NCBI GenBank assembly: GCA_038108555.1
Contig: JAYNIA010000003.1
Span: 1-58,087, forward strand
Length of the DNA stretch: 58,087 nt
Source: Nitrospinota bacterium
GTDB lineage: Bacteria; Nitrospinota; Nitrospinia; Nitrospinales; VA-1
Direction: 5' to 3'
Made by a program: the position numbers and the translations under genes. Each line of letters begins with the position of its first letter. Within the stretch, counting starts at the first letter, position 1. A model generated the notes under the pieces. That model ran no database searches, was not told where the DNA came from, and was given only the letters and a program-made list of their open reading frames with translations. Below are positions 28,556-38,421 of the stretch, one piece after another.

Positions 28556-29800
28556 TCAGTTTTTAATATTGAGGAGGTTCCCATCGGAAATTTTAAAAAA
28601 TACTTCTTCAATCTGGTCCGTTACCCTATCCCAGGAGTAATTTTTTTCTGCGGTATCTCTACATTTTGACCGGAGTTGATAATAGTATTCCGGGTTCTCA
28701 AGATAATCCTCCAATCCCTCTGCCAAATCTTCAGGCGAGGTTCCCTGAAACAAGAGCTTTGGGTCCACAGGGGTTAAGAGCTCTTTTGTCGCACCAACGG
28801 GTGTTCCCATAACCGGGAGACCGCTTGCAAAAGACTCTGCCGTTACCAGGCCAAAACCCTCAATCGCGGTTGTTGGCAAAACAAATAAATCAGCGACCCG
28901 GAAATAAAGAGGTAAATTTTCCCGAGGCACAAGACCCGTCAGTTTTACTTTTTCGGGAAGGTTTTTGTCTGAAATTAATTTCTCCAACCGGTTTTGCAGA
29001 CTCCCTTTTCCTACAATTGCCAACTGGAATTTTTTATCCGGATCTTTTTTTAAAAGGATATCGACAGCTAACAAAAGGTTCTCCAGCCCCATCCTCTCTT
29101 CCAACCTTCTTACTGTTAATATTAACGGTATATCCCTTTGCAGGTTTAGCCTTTCACGAATTTCATCTATATTTTCTTCCTGACTTAAAGGATGGAACTC
29201 ATTTAAATCGACCCCACCCGGAATTATTTGGAGGTGGGGTTTGGCCAATGAATAATATTTTTTGAAATGCCCCTTTGAATATTCACTGAGAAAAAGGATG
29301 GTTCGGGAAAACTTGTAACATACCCACTCCATGATTCGAATCAACTCCAGACGAATTTTTAATCCCAGGGATGCCTGATCTGTATTTCCCGCATTGATCT
29401 TCTCTTCATCGAACCATGAGCTGTGGAAATGGTAAACTTTGGGAATCTTCCATAAATGGGGTTGTAAAAGGGTGATAAATCCGATTAACGGATTGTGGAT
29501 ATGGATTAGATGGATAGGTTCTGCCCGTAAGATTGCCCTTGTCTGTTTTCGAATCGCTTTCCACAAAGAAAAAAAACTTTTACTATTCTCAAGTGAAACC
29601 CGCTGATATTGGATTCCATCAATAAATTCCTGGTCAGGTTGTGATTTTGAAGATTGACAAGTTATTTGAAAAACCTTGTGGCCCCTTTCCACCATGCGGC
29701 GGTTAACTTCGTAAGTCATTCCCCAGGCACCCCCAACTTCATCAGGATAACAATGGTATTGAAGAGAAAGTATGGAGAGTTTGTTTTCGGGTCGATCCAT
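28556..29800 (-). CDS. glycosyltransferase family 4
   Basis: VGGA, IPGGVD, RRLEERMG, EGFGLVTAES..SGLPV. Confidence 0.92.
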   Translation of the reverse strand: MDRPENKLSILSLQYHCYPDEVGGAWGMTYEVNRRMVERGHKVFQITCQSSKSQPDQEFIDGIQYQRVSLENSKSFFSLWKAIRKQTRAILRAEPIHLIHIHNPLIGFITLLQPHLWKIPKVYHFHSSWFDEEKINAGNTDQASLGLKIRLELIRIMEWVCYKFSRTILFLSEYSKGHFKKYYSLAKPHLQIIPGGVDLNEFHPLSQEENIDEIRERLNLQRDIPLILTVRRLEERMGLENLLLAVDILLKKDPDKKFQLAIVGKGSLQNRLEKLISDKNLPEKVKLTGLVPRENLPLYFRVADLFVLPTTAIEGFGLVTAESFASGLPVMGTPVGATKELLTPVDPKLLFQGTSPEDLAEGLEDYLENPEYYYQLRSKCRDTAEKNYSWDRVTDQIEEVFFKISDGNLLNIKN

Positions 29801-29945
29801 AATTTTCAGATAAGAATAATCCGTTTGAGGATGGGGAAATCAAATGCTTTGGGCACCATTCTAGCAGAGGCGGAACGGGTGAAGCCATTGAAACCTAAAC
29901 ATTAATACTATATATTAGAACTAGTGTATTCTTCCAATAAGATTG

Positions 29946-30301
29946 GGGGGCGATCCGGTTTCGACGGGAGAGCTGAAGCAAAGGTTGCATGTACGGGATG
30001 CCGTTGGCCCGTTAAAAAACGGCTTATACATAATCGCCAACGATTATGATGTAGCAGTAGCCGCTTAATTTAATCGGTTACCGTCCGCCTCATCCTTGTT
30101 CGTGGGAAGAGGACCGGACGTCATTTAGCGAACTGGTTCCGTTTACATGTTCCGGGTAAATGGGATGAGATTTTCAGGAACTGGTTTCGACCTAATCCTG
30201 CTTCTGGGAGTTAGTCGGAATAAGATTCAAAACAGAAGATAAGCATGTAGATGCCTTTGACGGAAACCTTTCGGACGGGGGTTCGATTCCCCCCGCCTCC
30301 A
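29946..30301 (+). ncRNA. ssrA: tmRNA (tag peptide ANDYDVAVAA at 30036-30068)
   Basis: 5' GGGGGCGATCCGGTTTCGAC; 3' GACGGGGGTTCGATTCCCCCCGCCTCCA; tag ORF ends in AA*. Confidence 0.95.
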
Positions 30302-30465
30302 CTGCTCCGCGCAGGGCGAGCTTCGTTTCTTCGCGCAACAATTCCAGGTTTAGGTTCGAACTTTTTTCCCAAATCTATATTGATTCACAAAGGCCGAGTT
30401 TTTTCTACTCCTCAAACCAGGGTAATTTAGATTCCAACAAAAATCTAAACTCAAAAAAATGTTTT

Positions 30466-30488
30466 TGCCCGCCCGAACTGGGCGGGGT
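30466..30488 (-). terminator. intrinsic terminator-like hairpin
   Basis: CCCGCCC-GAACT-GGGCGGG just past the stop of the Hc1-like gene, convergent with tmRNA. Confidence 0.6.
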
Positions 30489-30504
30489 TGGGTGAGCCAC
30501 CAAA

Positions 30505-30678
30505 CTACATATTTAATTTTCTTTCTTGAATCTCTGCTCTTCTGACCTTGGCCAGTTTTTGCAGTTCACCTAATGCTTTTCTTGCTCGGGCAGCAGCGGC
30601 CTTGATATTTTTGGTTTCAAAACTTTCATTTTCCGCAAGGTAATTTTCGTAAGCAGAAACAATTTGATCGTGTGTCAT
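30505..30678 (-). CDS. histone H1-like Hc1-family small basic protein (57 aa, absent from the ORF track)
   Basis: AAGGAG RBS; MTHDQIVSAYENYLAENESFETKNIKAAAARARKALGELQKLAKVRRAEIQERKLNM with the KAAAxRARKA signature. Confidence 0.8.
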   Translation of the reverse strand: MTHDQIVSAYENYLAENESFETKNIKAAAARARKALGELQKLAKVRRAEIQERKLNM

Positions 30679-30801
30679 CCTGTACTCCTTTACAAGGGTT
30701 AATTGTTTACTGGTTAAAGAATTACCACAATACTCAAGGCAAGATCAACAGAATACTCAAAATGGAAGATGAAAATTTTTTTCAGAGAGGGGGCTTGGAA
30801 G

Positions 30802-31620
30802 TCAGCGAATAAATCTTCCCAGGCAGAGGGTTCCTTGAAATTCTTTTTCCAGATTTGGAATAGAAACCAGTTCTTCTGACAAATTCCACAAACCGTAGGA
30901 ATCTATAAACCCAGGAAGAGATCCCATTTCCGACCAAAGGGGAGAACCCTTTTTAATCTTGAAGCGAACTTCTAAATTATTTGTGGCACGTTTTCCCAAC
31001 CGGTTGGTTCCAACCATGGGTAATTTATCCGCATCAATTTCTACAATTGTTTCCAGAGGTTTTCCAATTAATTCCTCGGGTTCAAATCCCAAGGTGCGTG
31101 CAGAAGAGTTGATGAACGAAATATTTTTGTCAGGATCCAACTGGAATACGATTTCTGAAATCGTTTCAACAATCCTTTTATATTGTTTTTCCGTCTCTAC
31201 CAGCAAATACTCCGCTTGATTGGCTCTTAATTCCAGATCATGAACCCGAATAACATTATTAATACATTGGGATAAAATTTCCGGGGACAATTTATCTTTG
31301 GGAATATAATCCAATGCGCCAGATTTTAGAGCTTGGGCTGCAATCATTTCATCCCCTTTTCCGGTAACAAAAATAATTGGAGTCGTTGTCCCTCCAAAGT
31401 GCAGAATTTCCCGTAAAAGGTGGATTCCATTCGCATCTGGCATTTGGTAATCCAGCAGGGCACAATCAAAAACTTTTTTATTTAGTTTTTCAACACCCTC
31501 GGCACAATTGGTTGCTTCTGTAATTTCGACATTCAAACCAGCCCGAACCATCATTCTGGAAACAATCTTGCGGAATGACCGATCGTCATCAATTACCAGT
31601 ATTTTAAGCGGCTTATCCAC
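30802..31620 (-). CDS. response regulator receiver plus PAS domain protein
   Basis: ILVIDDD, LLDYQMP, VTG, K; PAS-like FINSS...LGFEPEELIGK. Confidence 0.88.
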   Translation of the reverse strand: MDKPLKILVIDDDRSFRKIVSRMMVRAGLNVEITEATNCAEGVEKLNKKVFDCALLDYQMPDANGIHLLREILHFGGTTTPIIFVTGKGDEMIAAQALKSGALDYIPKDKLSPEILSQCINNVIRVHDLELRANQAEYLLVETEKQYKRIVETISEIVFQLDPDKNISFINSSARTLGFEPEELIGKPLETIVEIDADKLPMVGTNRLGKRATNNLEVRFKIKKGSPLWSEMGSLPGFIDSYGLWNLSEELVSIPNLEKEFQGTLCLGRFIR

Positions 31621-31824
31621 GAGGCCCCTCCATTAATTCGGGTCCATTCGGCATGGGTTTATCAGCTTCAATGATTAAACATTTAGGCCTATCCTACAAT
31701 AAAATCAGAGCTTTAGAGTCACGACTTTGTAACTTTTTGTTCTGTAAAACGATAAAAGTAATATAATAAATCTAAAACTAATTCCTTCTATATTGATTTT
31801 TAATCATTTACAGGACCTACGATT

Positions 31825-32247
31825 ATGGCTGATATTGGCAGACGCTTTTCTCTGGATAAAATTCATGTCGATCCAACTTTAAAAAATAAGATTTTCTCTG
31901 CTGATGGCGATGAGCATGTTGGCAACTGGAATGGCGAATGCATTGAAGACCTGGTAAAGGAAATCGACCGGATCGAGGAAAGGGCGGACCCGAATTATTC
32001 CAGCCTTCCACACAGGGAAAATATTCCTGAAGATTTAAGAACGCAAGTGGAAAAAGATTTACCCATATGGACATGCGACAAAAATGGACGATGCCTTACA
32101 GGAGATGCAGGAGACCAGATAAAAACTGTTGATGAAATTCGGGACTTTTATATAAAGGAGTATGGAAGTATTGAAAATTTCAAAGAAAAGTTGCGCATAG
32201 AACGTGAAAAATTTGTGAAAGAAATTAAAGAACAATCAGAACAATAA
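31825..32247 (+). CDS. hypothetical protein
   Basis: 140-aa acidic ORF with AGGA RBS at the head of the two-component genes. Confidence 0.7.
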   Translation: MADIGRRFSLDKIHVDPTLKNKIFSADGDEHVGNWNGECIEDLVKEIDRIEERADPNYSSLPHRENIPEDLRTQVEKDLPIWTCDKNGRCLTGDAGDQIKTVDEIRDFYIKEYGSIENFKEKLRIEREKFVKEIKEQSEQ

Positions 32248-32287
32248 GAGTATTCCCTGGTTAAGAAATTTTTATTTCTGGTTTAGC

Positions 32288-32731
32288 ATGAGTAACGAAG
32301 AAAAAATTTTTAAAATCATAATCGCTGAAGATGATGAGGATGATTATGCCCTTATCTCGGACTCGTTCAAATTAATCCAAAAGAATTGTCAAACAGATTG
32401 GGTGAGAGATGGAGAAGAGCTACTGGATTTTCTTAACTCAACCATCGATCCGAATGGAATAAAAAAAGAAAAACCCGATCTAATATTTCTTGACCTTAAT
32501 ATGCCTAAAAAGGATGGGCGGGAAGTCCTTCAGGAAATAAAGTCCAACCCTAAGTTTAAATTTATTCCGGTCATTATTTTAACGACATCACAGGCAAAAG
32601 TTGATATTCAAATGACCTACAACCTGGGTGCAAACTCTTATATCCAGAAACCCTTTAAGTATTCCGATTTCCATATCATGATGGAAAACTGTTTTAAATA
32701 CTGGATACAAACGGTGAAGCTTCCTTCATAA
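32288..32731 (+). CDS. stand-alone response regulator (Rcp1-like)
   Basis: AEDD, PDLIFLDLNMPKKDGREVL, LTTS, GANSYIQKP. Confidence 0.93.
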   Translation: MSNEEKIFKIIIAEDDEDDYALISDSFKLIQKNCQTDWVRDGEELLDFLNSTIDPNGIKKEKPDLIFLDLNMPKKDGREVLQEIKSNPKFKFIPVIILTTSQAKVDIQMTYNLGANSYIQKPFKYSDFHIMMENCFKYWIQTVKLPS

Positions 32732-32739
32732 TTATATAA

Positions 32740-33981
32740 ATGGAAAAAGATTCCTTAAAAATACTCCTGATTGAGGATGATGAAGACGATGCCTACTATA
32801 TAAAAGATATTTTAATAGAAGGCCTGACCGATACGATCCCCAAAATTGATCATTTTTCTTCCATAGAAAAAGATCTCAAAGAAATAAATCCTTTCTCTTA
32901 TGACTTAGCCCTGTTCGATTATCGCCTGGGCAAAATGAATGGAATAGAACTGGTTCGAAATTTTCGACAACAAAACTGCAGCATTCCCATAATTCTCTTT
33001 ACCGGTCAGGGCGATCAGGAAGTTGCGGTCGAAGCCATGAAGGCGGGTGCAACAGATTATTTAACCAAAGGGAAGCTATCTATCGAATCCGTTACCAAAT
33101 CCATTCGATATGTAATGGGGTTACACCACGAAGCCGCACTTAGAATAGAAGCCGAAGAAAAGCTCAAAACTTCCCACGCAAATCGTCAGATCGCCCATAA
33201 AGAGCTGCAAGCATCGATTGGAAAACTTGAAACCGCCCAAAAACAGATAATAAGGGCAGAAAAACTTGCCGGCATCGGGCGACTGGTGGCTGGAGTTTGT
33301 CACGAAATTTTAAATCCACTCAACATCATTTCCGGACATACACAATCCCTGTTGATGGAGCGGTGTTCAGATCCCCCATTAAAAAAAGATTTGGATTCCA
33401 TAATGGAGGAAATAAACCGCATAACAAAAATCATAACCGGGCTGTTGTTATTTTCTCGAAAAGGAAACATGGAACTGAAAGAGGCGAACATCGTGAAAGA
33501 ATTAGAATCGGCTCTTGTTCTTGTAGAAAAAGATTTGCGCCTCGGGGGCATTGTAATTAAAAGGGAGTTTGAACTCACACCCATAATGGTGATGATCGAT
33601 ACAGATGGAATTCGCCAGGTGTTCCTGAATATTATCCACAACGCCAAACATGCAATTAATAATGGCGGAACCCTGACCGTATCGATAGAAATTTTAAACA
33701 GCGACTCTGCATTGCACCCTCCTTCCCCTAATGAAGTGGGTAGGATAAAAACAAATAAGCTTCTGCGTATTAAATTCAGGGATACAGGTGCAGGAATAGA
33801 AAAAAACGATCTTGAGAAAATTTTTGAACCTTTTTATACAACCAAACCTGAGGGAAAAGGGACCGGGCTGGGATTGTCTATTTCATATTCCATTATTGAA
33901 AGACATGGAGGGAATTTAGAAATAGAGAGTAACGTTGGTGAGGGAACTACCGTTACCATCAATTTCCCCATTCAAGGCTGA
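32740..33981 (+). CDS. hybrid sensor kinase (REC-HisKA-HATPase, NtrB-like)
   Basis: LLIEDD...DY; HEILNPL; QVFLNI; DTGAGI; FYTTK..GKGTGLGL. Confidence 0.93.
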   Translation: MEKDSLKILLIEDDEDDAYYIKDILIEGLTDTIPKIDHFSSIEKDLKEINPFSYDLALFDYRLGKMNGIELVRNFRQQNCSIPIILFTGQGDQEVAVEAMKAGATDYLTKGKLSIESVTKSIRYVMGLHHEAALRIEAEEKLKTSHANRQIAHKELQASIGKLETAQKQIIRAEKLAGIGRLVAGVCHEILNPLNIISGHTQSLLMERCSDPPLKKDLDSIMEEINRITKIITGLLLFSRKGNMELKEANIVKELESALVLVEKDLRLGGIVIKREFELTPIMVMIDTDGIRQVFLNIIHNAKHAINNGGTLTVSIEILNSDSALHPPSPNEVGRIKTNKLLRIKFRDTGAGIEKNDLEKIFEPFYTTKPEGKGTGLGLSISYSIIERHGGNLEIESNVGEGTTVTINFPIQG

Positions 33982-34003
33982 CGGTTTTTCACATCCAAAA
34001 TTT

Positions 34004-35524
34004 TTAACGCAGAAAATCAAGCAAGGTAGGTTGCAGAATTTGTGCGGTGGAACTCAAAGTGGCCTGCAATGCGAACTCCAGGTTTGCCAGGTCGGAAGCG
34101 CTTTTTACAATATCTGCATCTTCAATTTTTGCGAGTTGCTCTGACTGGTCCACAATATCCTGCTCATGAATTGTATCGGAATTGTCCACCCTTGAAAGTG
34201 AGGCACCAATAACGGCGCGTGAGTTGTTTATAGATGCCAGGCTTGAATCGAGATTATCCAACGAGGCTAAAATCGCTGAAGTATCATCTCGTTGAAAAGC
34301 ATCCCTCAGATTAAATAAGGTTGTAAAGATATTTCTACCACCTCCCAAACCCAGGCTTTCTGCCGTTTCATCCGTTCCAATGTTCCTTACCACCGCAACT
34401 GTGCTGGTACTATTGGAAGAAACTTGTAGAGAATTTCCAGCGCCATCAATTGAAGCGGTGACATTTAAACCGGCGTTATTTATTAAAGTTAAAACATCCC
34501 CAACTGTTGTTGCCGAACTTAATGTAACCGTTCCTGATGCGGAACCATTAACAATATTGATATCATTTAAAGTTAAACCACTTCCACCTTCCAGGTCAGA
34601 GATCAGTGTTGATGAGGTTAATACCGGATTCAAATCCGATCCCGTCAGGGTTCCATCCCGTTTCCCCAAAATACCCAATTCCGATGCTGTGCTTCCTCCT
34701 GAAACTTCGGAAATCGTAAGTGATTGCGTAACAACAGAGTTGTTATCCTTGATTTGCAATCCGTTTCCATTTGAATTAACTGAAGCGGTTACATTCACGG
34801 AAGCACTGTTGATTCTGGAAATTACACTTGCCATTGTATCACCGGAATTTACGGCAATGGTGGCTGTATTTCCCACACGATCTGAAATCGTAAAAGAACC
34901 TGCGGTGACTCCGATGCCTCCATTCAAGTTCGACAGGCTTGTACTTGTTGTTAGTCGCGGATTGAGGTCAGTTGCTAATACCTGGGAGCCGGGAATGCTA
35001 AAATCTGCACTTTGATTATCCGCAATTCCAACTTTAAAAGTTTCTGAATTGCCGGAATAGATTGCCCCCGAGGTTGCTGAGCTGAAAGGTTGTATTCTGA
35101 AATTTGTTCCTGCAAAAATAAACTGATTCTTTACCTTTGTGTTGGCTGTCTCAAAAACCTGCGAAATAATCTGGTCTAATTCAGACGCAGCAAAACTACG
35201 GGTTTCAGCAGTAGATGCACCCCCCAGTTCGCTGACGGCTAATTCTTTTGCCCGGATAAGATTCAAATCGACCGACTGAAGAGAGGTGTCGCCAGCCTGT
35301 ATAAAAATACGATTGTTATGAATATTCCGGATAAATTGATTTGCCTGGTTAACCCCCGTTCTTAATAAAAGAGCATCCCGCATTCCTGCGGGGTCATCAG
35401 AGGGGCGGTTGATTCGCCTCCCTGTTGCAATTTCTTGCTGGGCTTTAAATAAGTCTTCCGTAATTCGGAAAATATTCTGGAGAGAATTTGCCTGTTGTGC
35501 CTGACTGGTAACCCGAGTAACCAT
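34004..35524 (-). CDS. flgL: flagellar hook-associated protein 3, long form
   Basis: IATGRRINRPSDDP, FIFAG, C-terminal L.PTLLDFLR; follows flgK. Confidence 0.93.
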   Translation of the reverse strand: MVTRVTSQAQQANSLQNIFRITEDLFKAQQEIATGRRINRPSDDPAGMRDALLLRTGVNQANQFIRNIHNNRIFIQAGDTSLQSVDLNLIRAKELAVSELGGASTAETRSFAASELDQIISQVFETANTKVKNQFIFAGTNFRIQPFSSATSGAIYSGNSETFKVGIADNQSADFSIPGSQVLATDLNPRLTTSTSLSNLNGGIGVTAGSFTISDRVGNTATIAVNSGDTMASVISRINSASVNVTASVNSNGNGLQIKDNNSVVTQSLTISEVSGGSTASELGILGKRDGTLTGSDLNPVLTSSTLISDLEGGSGLTLNDINIVNGSASGTVTLSSATTVGDVLTLINNAGLNVTASIDGAGNSLQVSSNSTSTVAVVRNIGTDETAESLGLGGGRNIFTTLFNLRDAFQRDDTSAILASLDNLDSSLASINNSRAVIGASLSRVDNSDTIHEQDIVDQSEQLAKIEDADIVKSASDLANLEFALQATLSSTAQILQPTLLDFLR

Positions 35525-35561
35525 TGCTTTATTTCCTGATGACTAAAAATTTAGTTGCGAA

Positions 35562-37244
35562 TTAAACCTGGGATATAACCGTATCCAACAATTCGTCCAC
35601 CACTCCTATTAATCGAGCGGAAGCATTGTATGCCTGCTGAAATTTGACCATATTAATAAATTCTTCATCTATCGAAACACCCGCTATACTTTCTCTTCGA
35701 GTATTTAACTGCAATAAAATTCCTTCCTGTTGATTAAGGGTAGCCTGCGTTGAAAACGATTGAATTCCGATTTCACTTACAATTGAATTATAAAATTCAT
35801 CAAAGGTAAAAGAACCTGAACCTGCAGCAACATGGGTAACGCTATTGAATGATAGCCTCGATTGCAGATCAACGAGGTTTAAAGCATTGTTTCCATCCAA
35901 ACTGGAATTTAGTCCTGCAGCAATTTTATTGCCGTTGGATGAAACATCACTTGAAAGGGACATTGTCTGCGCAGCATCTTCTGAAACTGAAAGTTTAAAT
36001 CTATCCCCCACTGCGGCTCCACTTGAAATAGTGACCGCAAATCCACCCGCGAGATTGAATGTGGAACCGGAAGTAAACGAAAAAGTTCCTTCATTGAGAC
36101 CCGTTGTAAGATTGTCCAAGGTAAAGGTATTGCTACCCGTAAAGGTGATTTCGTATTTATCAATGGATATAGAGGATGGATCTCCATTGGTAGCAGTTAA
36201 AGTTGCCGTACCTGTATTGTTGGTATTTATTTCCGTCGTTACAGATGGGGGCGCGAAAAAGTTATTCCCCGTTGTCCCATCTATACCAAAACCCTGCTGG
36301 TGAACATTATTGAATTCCTGAATGAATCCGGCTGCGAGACGGTCGAGTTTATCCTTTACATCCTTAACCTCTGTATCCCTCATATCAATGTAGCCTTTTA
36401 ACGAGCCCCCTGTTACCAGGGAAGTTACATTGGTAGTATTACCGTTCAGCCCGGAAACAAGAATATCCTTGAAACCTTTGTTGTCTCCATTTATTTGGGT
36501 GCTTAAGGAGAATGCGGTTGATTTTAAAACCAGTGGAGTTCCATTGCTCAAGGTAAGACTGATTTGTCCATCCATCTCATCCACATAATTGAGATCAATT
36601 AACTCTGATAATTCTTTAACCTTTAAATCCCGTCGGTCTCTTAAATCATTTGCATTGAATTCAGAAGGTTCGTTGGCATGAATGGCCTGATTTAGTTCAG
36701 CAATTTCTGAGGTAAGAGTATTTATTTTTGTGACTTCTACATCAATCGTGGCATCCAGGTTTCTTTGAATCTGAAAAAGCGATTCGCCCAGATTATTAAA
36801 TGTATTGGCCAGGTTTTGAGCTTCAGCAAGCACACTTGATCTCTCGGGCAGGCCAGAAGGGTTTGAGGACAAGTCTTGAAGACTTCCAAAAAAGTTACCC
36901 AGGGTTTGGTTCAGGCTTTGACCGTTTGTTTCACTGAAAAGAATTTCAAGTTGTTCAAAAACATCTTTTCGAACCCCAAACTGACCGAGAGAATCTCCTT
37001 CACCCAAAATTTGAGAGAACAAAAATTCGTCATGAGCTCTTTCAACCCCTGTGACACGTACCCCCGTTCCCAGCTGACCCAAAGAAAAACTTCTCGGGTT
37101 CATTGCTTCAAAGTTTACCTCCTGGCGGGAATAACCCTCTGTCTGAACATTTGCAATATTGTTACCCGTTACTTCGATTGCCAATTGCTGTGCCAGCAAG
37201 CCTACTTTTGCAGTATTTAAAACGCTAAAAACATTGGTACTCAT
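35562..37244 (-). CDS. flgK: flagellar hook-associated protein 1
   Basis: GNNIANVQTEGYSRQ, NDLRDRRD, GVSIDEE...QQAYNASAR. Confidence 0.96.
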   Translation of the reverse strand: MSTNVFSVLNTAKVGLLAQQLAIEVTGNNIANVQTEGYSRQEVNFEAMNPRSFSLGQLGTGVRVTGVERAHDEFLFSQILGEGDSLGQFGVRKDVFEQLEILFSETNGQSLNQTLGNFFGSLQDLSSNPSGLPERSSVLAEAQNLANTFNNLGESLFQIQRNLDATIDVEVTKINTLTSEIAELNQAIHANEPSEFNANDLRDRRDLKVKELSELIDLNYVDEMDGQISLTLSNGTPLVLKSTAFSLSTQINGDNKGFKDILVSGLNGNTTNVTSLVTGGSLKGYIDMRDTEVKDVKDKLDRLAAGFIQEFNNVHQQGFGIDGTTGNNFFAPPSVTTEINTNNTGTATLTATNGDPSSISIDKYEITFTGSNTFTLDNLTTGLNEGTFSFTSGSTFNLAGGFAVTISSGAAVGDRFKLSVSEDAAQTMSLSSDVSSNGNKIAAGLNSSLDGNNALNLVDLQSRLSFNSVTHVAAGSGSFTFDEFYNSIVSEIGIQSFSTQATLNQQEGILLQLNTRRESIAGVSIDEEFINMVKFQQAYNASARLIGVVDELLDTVISQV

Positions 37245-37274
37245 AAATTATATAACCTTGGATTAACTTTTTGC

Positions 37275-37778
37275 TCAGGCATCAACACTAACCATTCTGC
37301 TTTGTATTTTTCCTTCTGTAACCTGTCCATTAGCTTCATAAGGCGAATTGGCTTTTTCACCTTCCGAATGGATAAATGCCAGGGATTTTTTCAACGAAAG
37401 GGCAGAATGGTCCATCAGAGATTTTATTTTTGCGCTTAAAACATTAATTTTTTGAATATTAGAAAGCAATTTTTTTCGACAGTTTGACAAACTGGTTCGA
37501 TAGGGATTGTCTTTAAATTGAATTAGCTTTTTTAAAGTTAAGCCAGATGGCTTCACCTTTAAATTAGAGGCAATTTTTTTCATCAAACTTGAGCGGCTAT
37601 TTTCCAGGGCCTGCATCTGCATTACATGATCATTTTTCTTTGCAATAACGGCCTGCAATTCATCGTAGGAATATTGAGATACACATTTCCATTCTTCATT
37701 TAATAAGTTGATGAATTTGTCATATAATCCAATTTTTTGTTCCAATATATCCTGAAGGTTTTTATATAACTTCCTCAT
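37275..37778 (-). CDS. flgN: flagellar export chaperone FlgN
   Basis: Helical 167-aa protein directly upstream of flgK; LE..R and TL..L pattern. Confidence 0.8.
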   Translation of the reverse strand: MRKLYKNLQDILEQKIGLYDKFINLLNEEWKCVSQYSYDELQAVIAKKNDHVMQMQALENSRSSLMKKIASNLKVKPSGLTLKKLIQFKDNPYRTSLSNCRKKLLSNIQKINVLSAKIKSLMDHSALSLKKSLAFIHSEGEKANSPYEANGQVTEGKIQSRMVSVDA

Positions 37779-37781
37779 AGA

Positions 37782-38225
37782 TTACTCCTTCAATTTTATT
37801 CCGCTCATGTTGGGCTTTGGCAATTCAATTCCTGAAACAGTGGGATCAATTTTCTTAGCCGTATAATTTGATTGAATATTTTGTCTCCGACTGATCCGGT
37901 CAATTTGACTTAAGTCGTTGTAAATCATTTCTCCCAAACCCATACTTTTGCTTTTCGCCATTTCTTTTGACATTTCTTCATCCATCATGGATTTGTACAT
38001 GTCTGAAGCAAAACTATCTAACAATCCTGATTTTGGAACCGTCTTTCGCATCGCCGTAAGGAGCTTGTGCAAAAAGACAGATTCAAAATCACGGGAAACC
38101 TTTTCAATTTTCTTTTCAGAATCAACTTTCCCAAAGGTAGATTCATTTCGCAGTCGCTCCAGATTCTTTTCCGACATTTGCGAAAACAAATTTTTTTCGA
38201 TCTGAACAGGTTGAAGAGGTCCCAT
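37782..38225 (-). CDS. flgJ: rod-binding protein FlgJ (no muramidase domain)
   Basis: DFESVFL...L.AMRKTVP...MYKSMMDEE...GLGEMIY. Confidence 0.88.
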   Translation of the reverse strand: MGPLQPVQIEKNLFSQMSEKNLERLRNESTFGKVDSEKKIEKVSRDFESVFLHKLLTAMRKTVPKSGLLDSFASDMYKSMMDEEMSKEMAKSKSMGLGEMIYNDLSQIDRISRRQNIQSNYTAKKIDPTVSGIELPKPNMSGIKLKE

Positions 38226-38260
38226 TTTTAGTCCTTATTTTTTTATTGTTAAATTAATTT

Positions 38261-38275
38261 GCAAACAACATACCA
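38261..38275 (-). promoter_or_regulatory. sigma54 (-24/-12) promoter for flgJNKL
   Basis: TGGTAT-GTTGT-TTGC on the minus strand, 36 nt before flgJ. Confidence 0.75.
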
Positions 38276-38421
38276 AATCATTTTTTTTGCCCACCATTTC
38301 CAAAAACAAACATAAACCATTAAAAATAAAGGGTTTTTAAACCCTACAATATGGATGTATTGGAAGTGAGAGATTTGAAAAATGTGCTGAAAGGAAAAAT
38401 TTTCCCTTTTTCTTCATGGGA

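Noticed and set aside
30302-33981. Genomic island integrated at the tmRNA 3' end
   Set aside because: No integrase and no convincing duplication of the tmRNA 3' end in the window.
34380-36303. Long + strand ORFs opposite flgL and flgK
   Set aside because: Antisense shadows of Ser/Thr/Gly-rich flagellar genes.
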